A stretch of DNA of 64,000 bases from Podarcis vaucheri (taxonomy: Eukaryota): the NCBI GenBank assembly GCA_965113315.1, contig OZ220364.1. One strand, given 5' to 3'. The notes beneath the pieces are model-generated. The model was not told the DNA's origin. It did not search any database and was given only the letters and a program-made list of their open reading frames with translations. The translations under genes were made by a program, and so were the position numbers. Of the stretch, positions 12,350 to 24,583 are shown one piece after another; position 1 is the stretch's first letter, and every line of letters starts with the position of its first letter.

Positions 12350-14724
12350 TCTTTATTGTCATTGCCCCCTCTCGGGGACAACGAAATTACTTGGCTGCTC
12401 CATCCACCCAGGTAGGGCACTCCACACAAAATCATAACAACTATAAAAACACTAATTAAAACAATACAGTATAAAACAGCAAGGAAGATTAGATGACTTT
12501 CAAAGTCCAGGCTTCCCATTCAGGGCCGAGATCGCTCTGGGGAAGAAGCTGTTCTTAAGACGGCTTGTTCTTGTCCTCATTGTCCTGTATCTCCGTCCCG
12601 ATGGCAGGAGCTCGAAGAGACAGTGACCAGGATGTGATGGATCTTTTACTATGTCCAGTGCCTTCCTATGGCACCTTGTGGCATAAATCTGCTCTAAGGT
12701 GGAGAGTGGGCAGCCAACAATGCTCTCTGCTGCCTTAACAACTCTGCACAACCCCAACCTGTCCTGGGTAGTACAGCTTCCGTACCACACACATAAGCCA
12801 TAAGTGAGCACGCTCTCAATGGCACAGTGATAGAAGGCAAGCAGCAGTTTCTGCGGAAGATGGTTTTTCCTTAGTATTCTCAAAAAGTACAGTCTCTGCT
12901 GCGCCTTCTTCACAAGCCCCCTTGTGTTGAACCAGAGATACTTGAAGACTAAATCAAACAGTAGAAGCACGCTGAAATCAGAGGTCTTCAGCCACCTTGA
13001 AAATGTGTGTCCAGTGTATGGAGAATGTTTAGAAGTTCCAGGTACTTCTACTTCAGTGCTCTCCACAATTCCTTTCTATTTTGTCACAAGCTGAATAAAC
13101 TGTGGAAAGTAAGCGCCACAAACAGTTTTGCATTCAAGATAATGATACACAGTGCTATCTGGTGAAATCCAGTTTGGGCTCTGAGAATTATCAACACTCA
13201 TTGTGGTTGGATCTAGACTTCTGTTTGTGGAAGGACCGAGCTCCAGCAGAGGGTACCGCTGAAGGGAAGGGGGAGCAGAGAAAGTGATTTTTGGGCATAT
13301 TCTTTTGCAGTTCCACACTGTTAGAGGGGTCTTACAACTCTCCTGAGTATGATTACCAGATGTCTCCAGTTCCCGGGGACAGCCCCCGGATTTACCAATC
13401 TATCCCCAGACAAAATCCATCCGCTGAATGTCCCCAGATTTAATGTAATGTCCCCGGATTAATCATATGCCTGGGGACTTCCAGACCCTCCCCAGAGCCC
13501 AAAGCAATCATTCGCTACCGCTCCAGAGAGGGTCTCCTCGGGAGCTGGAGGTGCAGCTGGGCTTTGCTGCAACTCTCCTGCCTTTCAGCTGATGCAGAAA
13601 AAGAAACCTCCCTCTCCATCAGCTCTGCAAACAGCCCTGATCCTCCTGCTTGCTTGCTTGAGCAGGAGAGGCAAGGCTGCTCTTTGGACCGGCAGAGCTG
13701 AGGTGCAGGGAAGAAGCCTCCCTGCATGACATCTCTGCAAGCTACCCTGTCTCTCTTGCTTGCTCATGAGGAAGAAGGTGCACCTTTTCATGCTGCATTC
13801 TGCCTGCTTGTGAGCTGATGCTGCCTTAAGCCTTCCCTTCGCTCTCCCAGACAGAGGCTGTTGCTTCAAAGTTAAGGGTGGTGGTGGAGGAAATTGTCTT
13901 GCTTCTTTTGCTCCATTCTTCATGTTTGTGAGCTACATTGGACTGCCTTCCCTCCCCTCTCTCTGTGTTATTGTCTGCCTCCCCATTTTTTCCTCTTCCC
14001 AATTCTCCCTTTGTCTTTTCACACATTTGGTTCCCCAACCCTATATATCATTATGTGCTGCTGCTTCATTTTTCTTCCCTTGCACCCACCCCCACTAGCA
14101 AAAAATAAAAGGGGAGGAATGTTTTATGTTTATTTGGGGGGTGTTTATGTTGATTCCCCTTAAACAGCTTTCCTGTTCCCTTCTTATTAAAAAATGAACC
14201 TTAAAAAATTAAAATGAACCTTTAAAAAAATTAAAAGAGGCTACCTCTACTTGCTTGCCTCCCTCTCCTTCCCTTTGATAAAAAGGGAGAGATTGGGGGG
14301 CTGGGGGGTACCTTCTGTATCACAATAGGTGTAAATGAAGCAGGGAAGCCTTATGTTCTTTTAAGTTGTGGCTGCTCTTGTTGAGTTACCTCCATTGCAG
14401 GGGGTTGGCCTAGATGCCCCTCAGAGGTCCTTTCCAAATTTGTGATTCTGTGATCATCCCACAGTCGTTTTCTCAAACTTCACTGGTGCCTGTGCAGGAG
14501 ACGCCTGTGCGGGCAGGGCAGCAGCAGGAGGAAGGGGTTTATGCTAACACTTACTCCCGAGTAAGCCTGTAGGGGATTGTAGTGCAAGGACGGAGAGGGA
14601 GGGAGTGGAATCACAGCTAACCCTCCAAGAAAACAGGCCGGGACCCAGAGGAAGGCAGCACAACAGAGGAGACCACAGAAGAGAAGATATTACTTCTTAA
14701 TTTTTAAAAAATAACTTTACACAC

Positions 14725-14769
<45 letters not shown>

Positions 14770-17700
14770 TTAAAGTGTCCCTGCATTCATTGAAAAAAAT
14801 CTGGTAACCTTACTCCTGGGTAGCTTTTCCGTGGACAGGGGGAATGAGTGCCTCCCCACCTCTTAACAGAGGAGTCTCATGAATGGAGTTCTGCCAACCC
14901 ATATTTGTTCATTTCACTGGTGCCGGCTTGCGCCTGCATTTCATAAAAGTTATTGCTGTCATCTTTGTCTATTCCTGGATTTTTATCTCATGGATCCAAG
15001 TAACTGACATCTGGGATCTCCTTAATGACAAGAATATTAAGGACTGTTTTTAAAAGACCAGTTTGAAAGCTCATGGTCCAATGGTGGGTACACGTTGTGG
15101 GTTAGATCTAATTGTTCATTGGGGTTCTGAAAAGAAGTAATGGTCAGGGCTTTTCCTTGGCTACAACAATGAAGCAAGGGCATAAAATCCAAGTTCCTGT
15201 AGACATTACTGTCTTTTTAAAGGGCAAACTATTCACTGTGGTGTAAACCACTGAGCCTGGACTTGCTGATCGGAAGGTCAGCGGTTCAAATCCCCACGAT
15301 GGGGTGAACTCCCATTGTTTGGTCCCTGCTCCTGCCAACCTAGCAGTTCGAAAGCACGTCAAAGTGCCAGTAGATAAATAGGTACTGCCACGGCGGGAAG
15401 GTAAACGGTGTTTCCGTGCGCTTAGTCATGCTGGCCACATGACCCAGAAAAACTGTCTGCGGACAAACGTCGGCTCCCTCGGCCAGTAAAGCGAGATGAG
15501 CGCCGCAACCCCAGAGTCATTCGCGACTGGACTTAACTGTCAGGGGTCCTTTACCTTTTTTAAAAAAATTGGAGATAATGAGAAACCTTAATTGTTTGAA
15601 AGACAAGTACACCTGTTGCAAATGGAGTCAAATTCCAAAAGGGTAACTCTGCTGGTCTGTCGCAACAAAAACAAAATCTGCCGGAACCTTAAACACTAAC
15701 ATGTGTTTCTGGCCTGTCTTTCCATAGGTCAAAGCCCACTGTTAGATCCATAAGTGGTAATTTAAGGGGCCTGGTACATAGCAAGTTATGGCAAGTTCAG
15801 AGGGGAGAAGGGGGAAATGTGTGCATTAAAATGAAAGGTCAAAGAGTCAGTAGAAGTTGGTATGTCACAGTACCCAGGAGAGCAGAAATGGAAAATTCAA
15901 CCAGTGTGGTGACATCCACTCATAACTAACAGCCACTGGTGATGAAAAGATGTAGCATGGTCACCAGTTTAAGTGGACACCTACAGAAGGGGACCTTTCT
16001 TTAATGAGTAAGCTGTTCTTAGGATTTGTACAGTCCATCAAATGGCTAGATCACTGCAGCAAATATTGTCCCTCTGTAAGGTATTTACTCACAACTGATC
16101 TTGCTATGTCTGTTCATGACTAGTGGGAAACATGGATCTTGTAATAATTTTATTGGGTTCCATGCAACCTGTACCATGCATAGGAGTGACACATCCACCA
16201 CTATCTCTTCTGTTTTTTGTCCTAGCTTTGTTAAAACAACGGTAACACATTTCCCCCCTACTTTTCTTGGGCTCTGGTCCGGAAAATAAGTATGCTGCAA
16301 TAAATTTGTTACATCTTTGAGAAGACCCTCTGTGGCAGGAATAGTCAAGATGATGCCTTCCATATATTTTTAGTCTTCAGTTCCCAACATCACTCACCAT
16401 TGGTCATGCTGGCTGTGGCTGTTGTGAGTTGTAGTCCTGTAACATTTAGAGAGCACCACACCTTTGCACTAAGGATTGTGTGAACATGGGTGTTTGCAAT
16501 TGAGCAGGGCTTGCAGAAGATGTAAGTGAAATTCTAAAAATACCATTGAGAGCTCACAAAAGTTGTACCAAATGTAATGGCAAGGATTCCTGTATATAAT
16601 ATTCTTCCAGACTATATAAAAAAAAATTCCTTCCAGTAGCACCTTAAAGACCAACTAAGTTAGTTCTTGGTATGAGCTTTCGTGTGCATGCACACTTCTT
16701 CAGATACTTCTTCAGATTCCAGACTATAGTTGACCAATTCAGGTTAGCAAAAGACGAATTCTTGCATCTCAGAGAAAGCTGCTTTTTTCACAAGAGCACA
16801 AGGGACTATTGGAGCAGCTATGTACTTTGTCCTACATTTTCCATAGTTGCCACAAGATCTTGGCAATGGCAATAAAATGAAAGCTCATACTAGTAACAAC
16901 TAGTTCAGCTGTGGCCCTTTGATCCACAAAGGTCTAGTTTTAACATGCAATACAATTGAATGAGTGTTCATCTGTTGGTAGAGGCATTATTTTTATTTAT
17001 TAAAAATATTTATAGTCTGCCCTTTGTGAATGCAGATACAAGGATGGGGTACAGAACACAAAATAAAAACCAACTAATCAAATTTATAAAATAGACAAGA
17101 CATAGTAAAATACACCATCAAAGAAATAAAGCAACAAATAGTTTTGCAACTGTAGAGACCCTAAGCTTATCTTGTGACACCCTCCTCCCATTAAAAGAGT
17201 TTCCTAAAATTCTGTTACTCTCTGGATTCTCCAATATGGTACTGTCACATCTCCTTAAGTCTTCCTCAAGAACTTTGGCCTCCACTGAGTATCTGAGTTT
17301 GGAACTTTATCATCTTAGGTTCAGATTACAATACTTGTTTCTAAGCCTCCTGTGACAAAAGGGAACCCCTTGAATTAGAAGTTTGAAAGTTTGTTTTTAA
17401 AACGAACCTATGCGCAATTTGGGAACAAACTCTGTATTTTTGTGTTTTGGTTTTTATTTAAATTTGACCTTTCAGGTTGAACATATTTCCAAGGTGGCTT
17501 ACAAAAAGCATTTTTTTAAAAGACCACCACCACTAACAAGGGGGTAGTCCGGTTTTATTCAGAGCAGATCAATTGAAAATCATTGTACCTACCTTAGTCA
17601 TGTTCATTAATTTCGATGGTTCTGCCCTGAGTAAAACTTAGATGAATACCACCCACTGACCAAACAATATTAGAAGTCATCAGGATCATTACCACAAGGC

Positions 17701-20700
17701 ATTTGGGGTTGGAGAAGGTAGACAACAGATTAGCCTTGAGGGTGGCCCAACTACAGTAGGTCATGGTGAGGTGGCCTTTTTCTGCTATGTCTTCTTTCCT
17801 ATAATACCACAGGACAGTGTAAGAGCAAGAGAGATACAAAGCAAAGTTCACACTGCTAAAGATCTGCGTGCCTTGGCATGGTTATCTTGGCTAAATGAGG
17901 AACTGAAAATAGTATATACTGAAAATGCAATGGTTCTTCATTGACAAAGTCTTTGGGAATAGCACTGTACAAGTTGAAATTAGCGGACATTCAATCTTTG
18001 GGGGTTGGGTCTGAAGTCCAGGAACCTCTCCCTGCCCCCATTTTCAAATCTTTGAAATGCTCTGTTAGGCTGACCCTGTGTTTTGTCCTTTGACAGCCAT
18101 CTAATTCCTATCTGCATGATCACAGTAAGTGCTCTATAATGGTGTGCCCATATGGGGTGACTGAAAATAGAATCTAAATAAGAAGATGTTGAGCTATAAA
18201 TTCTATTTTTTATACATTTTGCTGTGATTAATGCCCTCTCCCCCAGGAGACCCAAACTGTGGCTCCATTTGTAACTTGTGTATGTCTGCTGCTTCTCTGT
18301 ATGTGTCTATGACTAAATTTTATTATAGCATGTGTGTTAAGATTCCATACCAGAACAGCATGGAGAGCCTTCCTCTGCTATTATGACTTTGGTGATTTGC
18401 CTCTTCCCAAGCATGACTTTGGCCAGCATTTCAACCACTTCCTTGTACTTCTCAGAGTGCAAGCAAGAGAAAGTAGTGTTGGAAGTATTCTTCATTGGAG
18501 AGCATTCTAGAATTTGTATATTTGAGCCCTATGTTTTTCAAGTGGTGTTTTTTTTAAAAAAATCATTTTTATTGATTTTCCAATAAAAAACATCCAATTA
18601 AATATCCAGTCATAATACTTCAATTAAGTGGTGTTCTGATGAAACCTGGACTTCCTCACTGAGAAGAAGATAATAATGGCATACAAGCTTGCCCACTAGA
18701 AGTTATCTTCCCCTGTGATGTGCAGCGATCAGGATGTGTGCATTGGTGTCCTTTAAAATACACTGTTATTTCACACAGGACCATGATAGGTATTGGTAAA
18801 CCTGGCAAGGGCTGCTTCTGAGCAAGATGTGCAGGCTAAAACACATTCCAGATTTTTCTGCAGCTGACAGAGAGTTTAAGGCATATGTTTGAGGGTTGCT
18901 CAGCAGGTGTTGAAGTGTAAAATATTTCCTGAATTTATATTCTTACAAATAGATTTGGGAATAAGTCCCATTGAATTCAATAGGAATGTTTCCAAATTTT
19001 ACCTTTTACAAAAATGGAGAAGACCCAAAAATGGCTGAAAACGTATTTGTAATAGGGAGTGGCCATACGCAAAATGGGAAAATGTCCGAGAGCAAGTGCT
19101 AAAATGCTATTTTGGTTATAAGGTGTTTAAATATTAAGGGTGGAATCCAGTTGGTGCTCTTGTGCTCTCAGAAGGGCTTTTGATTCAGTGAACCCATCTG
19201 CTCAGAGAGGAAGGCAGTTTTTGCCAGTGCCCCTGCAGCCCCCCAAATTGGGTTTTCTATTAGCAGAGGCTTTGCTGGATCAGAAGCCTTTCTGGGAACA
19301 CCTAAGCAGTAATTGGCCGCCTGTTTGCAGGATGCTCTCCACAGGGAAGCTTGCCTGGCACCATCATTATATATCTTTAGGCACCAGGCAAAAACATCTC
19401 TATAACCAGGTCTTTAACTGTCTGTGAGCTTTTAGAAATGGGTGGGATGTATTAATGTAAAATGGTTTTAATGTTTCTGTGGGGGGCTTGGTTGTAAATA
19501 ATTTTGGGTTGCCTTGGGCAAGATAAAGTGACTAACAAATTTTAACAACAGCAACAACGATGACTGGATTGCACCCTGAGCTATTAGTAAATATACTGCT
19601 TAAACAAACAAGTGTGATACTTCTTTAAGACTTTTTTTTTTAAAAAAGTTTCCTATCACTGCCTTTTAAAATTGTGGTGAATGGGAAAAGGGTTTTAGTA
19701 ATATTTTGAAGGACTTTTGAGAGCCACATTTGTGGTAATAAGTACATTTTCTTATTTGCTTTAAGCAAACTAATTATCTATCTTTTTGTAAGAGTGTCTC
19801 CAACACTGAATAGCAGCTGCAGTTGCTTTAAATCTCGAATTGTTTTGGCATTCATGTGTGTGCTCTCCCATCCAATTCCCTCAAAGTCTTCCCTGTGTGA
19901 GTAAAAGAGCTTCCTCTGTGTGGAGCACAGAAGAAAGAGGAATTTTTCTGCGGGATTGGAAGCCCTGGAGAATTCACAATGATCAGCCAGAGTTTCTGGC
20001 AGCTCAAGACTCATGCTGAACTGACCAGCCAGAGGGGATTTGGGCAAAGAAAAGGAGACAAATTTAAAGATAGGAGTTGTTCAAATGAATTGTACCCTAA
20101 CCTAACTCAAGCATGACATAGATACTAGCGTGGACAAAAAAAGATAGCAAGATGTTCACACACACAAAGCGAGACAGTGTGAAACATCCCACATCTAGCC
20201 TACTGTATATAAATATCAAATTCACAGTGTTAGGAACTGCCTGGAAACACCCTCATTTAGCTTGGCACTGACTCTAGGCTTTCCCTATTCTGTTCAGTAA
20301 TGCACCCTTGCCATAATTTAAAAGAATGGTGGTGGGGAGAATACCTGAAGCAAGCAGCAGAAGAAACTGGGTGCTAGCATGTCCTGTTGTGTACAGTTTT
20401 ATAAACATGTTACCCACTTGGTTAAACAGGCGGCAGTTTCCTCTTCTCACCCCTTCTTGTGTAGTTCTGACCTGTCCCAAATGTCTGGATTGATGTAAAG
20501 GCAAGCTGATGAATTTAGCAGCCACCCATCAGATAGGGAGAACAAAGGGAGGAATGTCACACTTTCAGTTTTTCCATCAGCACAAACATTTCAGCTCACT
20601 ACATGCATGGATCCCTCCTCTCCTCCCACCACATGCTGTTCTGGGGGTTTGTCTGATCTTCCCCAAGCCAGTTTGTGGGTGGGTGGGAGAATGGAAAGCC

Positions 20701-23700
20701 GCATTGTGCTGGTTTCTATTAATGGGGCCCAAATTGTAATGATCAAAGTGTGCCATCCTTTTTTAAAAGTTGTGGAATGATTCAACCTTAGCCTTGAGCA
20801 TTAGACTACATGGATTTTGAAAGTATTGTAAGATATAGTGTGAAGAGTTGGGCAACATTCTTTTCTGTTAACATTGCAATTCAGAAGGATTTCTCTGTGA
20901 AAATAATACCATTTCTTGACACTAATTTTTATTTCAAAATGGCAGTTGTATAGTAACTGTGTTGTAAACCGATTTACACTTAAACTTGAATGATTAATTC
21001 CTGAAGATGTATTAAGACCACATATCTAGATTTCAATTAAGGAATCAATGGCAAGGGCTCCAAGCATCACACAGCTGCTAGTATATGGAAGTGAGCTTTA
21101 GGCTTGCTTTTCTTAAGCAGCAGTCATCCTTTCCCCCCCCCCCCGTCCCCGTCTCTCTCTCCCCCCCCCCCCCCGCTTATCCATATTACATGCCATGAGA
21201 CGATCTTCAAAACACTTTGAGATACGGGTGTGTATATCAGATCTTTAAAATTAAGTTTGCAACATTCCAGGTATTTAATTCCTAGTTGTTGCTTTTTGTA
21301 GAGCAAAGCAGGTTTGGAAGGACAATTCTGTACTGTGCTTACACTTACCTGCACATGCCTCTTTCCCCACTTGCTTTTTCCTCACCTCATTCATGGGGTT
21401 TTAGAAACATATCGGCAGTGCAAGGAGAGGGGTGGTTGCAGTGGGTGAAAAGGGTTTACTCTCTGTGCTTCTCTGCTGAAAATGCAATGCTCCGGAAGCT
21501 ATTTTATGCATCTCTGTGTTTAACATGTCATTTGGCCCTTATTATAAATGCTTTATAATCCAGAAATGTAATGGTGTACATTTCACACCCACCCATCGGC
21601 TCTTCTTATTTCTTATTTTTATTTTTAAAAAGAAAGAGTATGTGAGTATGGCTGATATCCAGTGATATCTGCCCACTTGTTCAGTGACAACCCACTTGTG
21701 CAAATGGGACTCCCTGTTTCTTTTCCCCTACAGTCCTGTGTGCCCCCAAAATCTGTGACAGAGGGTCCCCCAACCCTCCAGGGCAGTTGGGGGCTGCAGG
21801 TGGGAGGGGAGAGAAAAGAGAAGTTCCTTTGCGTGAGCAGATGCCTGCCCATGCTACATTGGCTCTCACCTTTTGACCAGAATGTGCCATTTATGGTGAT
21901 GATCTGTCTGGGAATAAAACTCAGTGTATCAGAGACTGCTTGAAAATCTCTGCATATAATCTGTTTTGGGAATGGAATATAAAAGCAGCATAAAGACACG
22001 TCTTGGGCAGAGCGCGGTAGAAGGATGCATGTGAGCAGGGGAAAGGCTAGGATAAAAATGTAATAAGAAAAATTATTCTTAAAATAAGAAGTGAAATGTT
22101 AAACATCACTTAGGTCCTTCCTTTAAAAATGTGCTAAAGTACAGAGATGAGTTTTAAAGCTAAAGTCTCTGAGATAGAAATAGAAAAGGGTTAAAAAAAA
22201 AACCAAACCCACCCAACACCTTTCCCCTGGAGTGTTGTCCTGTGATGGCAAGAAGTTGGTGAGCAGGCTAATGTAGTTTCTGACTTCTTGAAATTTTGAG
22301 GGATCCAAGGTCAATGCAGCATTGCTAACACAGCCACTATTAAGCGGTTCTTATAAAGAAAGAAAAGCTTGTTGTTGATGACTGCATCTGGTAAGTAGTA
22401 ACTATGATTGTTAATAAAGCAATATAAAAAATATGCTAATAAGTAATATAGCTATGTTATTGTTCATGAATGCTTTTTGTGTTTCAGGAGATCAGCTGTT
22501 TCCAGGTTGGAATCCACCTCACATTTAGGAATATGTGGAGCGCAACAAAACTGTGATCTTCAGTTTGAGAATCTGAATTGGAACATCAGAGCATAAAAAC
22601 ACAACAAACCGAAGAAATTCGTATATTACTGCTGTTAACAAATTAGCCTTGATAGACAGGAAATACTTTGCTTGTCATAATCTGACTTAAGTAAAAAATT
22701 GTTGTAAAAACAAAGGCTCCTGGTTTTTCTTTCATTTGTGTAGGACTAGAAGAATACATGCATTTTCATTTAATATATGACTGATAAATCATGCTTTGAG
22801 TAAGCATGATAGCTAAAAGCATTTGGAAATAACAAAATTAGCAGAAGTAATGCTTGGTACCTATTTAGAAGTGTACATGTTTGCGTAAGACCTCTAAAAG
22901 ATTTGATGAATACAACACAGACATTTAGTAGCAAATTTGCATAGGCCCAACCCTTTAACAATTTAATGAGCACAGGAGGGCATCAGAGTTTTAGCATCAG
23001 AGTCTGACAAAGTCTAGGTTAAGGGGGAGGCATGCTGTACCGTGTTCCTGTCTGTGAAATGAGCTAACAGCCGGGCCAGAGGTTATCCCCAGAGGAAGAT
23101 ACAATTTAGGGAGCCAATCAGAAAAGACTCTCAAATTTTGAAGGGAAAAGGTCAGAGTAGATAAAAGGCTGTTGTCTGAATGGGCTAGCGGGAAAAGAAA
23201 GGAAGGAAGGAAAACTAAATTCAGGGTTGACCTGGACTTGGAGGAATTAGAAGCAATATATCTGTGTATATTGCTTAGTCTTAGCTTAATAAAACTTTAC
23301 AATTAGTTTAACTTGCTTGATCTGTCATAGCTTGCTTTAGTTTGGGTTGACTCCAGAAATGCATGTCTTCAAATATGGTAGTAGGATATCTGCTGGGGCT
23401 ACACTTTACTGTTTCACCACATAATCCTCACAGATGATAAAATTGACTAATGGAACTTGAAGGGAGATGATGTCTGAACCAAATTATAGAGAACAAGTTT
23501 GGATTTGGATATCCATGGGGGGGGGGGGATACTGGTTTTGTTGCTAATTTAAATAGAATATTATTGGAGTCACTTGTGAATACCACTTGGGATGGAAATT
23601 ACAAATCTATCTAGGGAGTGAGTAGGAAATTGAATCAAGAAAAACAAATTATGTCTGCTAGGCACCTTTTTATCTTTGCTGTCATGGGACATATGCAGAT

Positions 23701-24550
23701 CTCCCGTAAATAGACGTTAAACATGCCCGTCTTGGGTGCTTTTCTTAAAACGACTCTCTTGCCTTTATTCCATGGAACTAATATTTGAAGGGCTGTCATA
23801 TATGGTAAGACCCAGTTTTGTACCATCAGATGTGACAGGACTCCCCCCCCCCCCCGTAGCCCTTCATGCACACATCCCATCTGCTCTGGCAGGTCTGCCA
23901 ACCCACTGGAGTTTATAACAGAACTCTGGAGTGATCGTTCCTTTGTGTTTTGTCAAAAGAAGGTGCCGGTTTTGTTTCTTCCTGTTTTTTGGTAAAGAGC
24001 AATGTGTTAGTGCCAGAAGCATTTCCTGTATTGTAAAATGGTGCTAGATATGTGTCCGTCACCTTTTCATCATAATTCTATCGATGACAGGTTAAAAGTG
24101 TAGAGAGGCGGGTATTTTACTTTCTTCTAGTCATCCTTTGAAGGAACCGACTGTTCTGATTACAGGATATTTCTTTCGTTTTAATAAACTTGAGTACCAC
24201 ATATCAGCTGAACATTAAATCCTCTTATGTAGGCCATCACAAGTTTTCAGTGCTTAATATTTCATAAGTTGATTCTAACTGGCAAAGTGTCACCTGTTTG
24301 CTTTCATCATAAGACGAGCTCTCCTGAGAATCTCTTGAGATGTAACCTACCTTTTCTGACAAAGCTTTTAAAGGGAGACGTTTTAAGATATTGCTTAAGC
24401 CTTGTGTTCAGCCTGCAAGTCAAGCATCAAGCTTGCCAATGAAATAAATATGCATCCGAGACTTAAGATACATGTAAGGAAAAAGTAATTATTATTTTTT
24501 AAGCCCTAAGATTTTCTGCACTACCACACACCATTTAGGATCAGGTATGG

Positions 24551-24583
<33 letters not shown>

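Noticed and set aside
12500-13066. 188-aa minus-strand ORF as a host gene
   Set aside because: It is a truncated Rex1/Babar ORF end plus chance read-in from flanking DNA beyond the TSD
22488-22505. Possible 18-nt micro-exon (tttcag|GAGATCAGCTGTTTCCAG|gttgga) in RBM6 intron 6
   Set aside because: Weak donor; such sites arise by chance in 24 kb and it would interrupt RRM1; no support without RNA data
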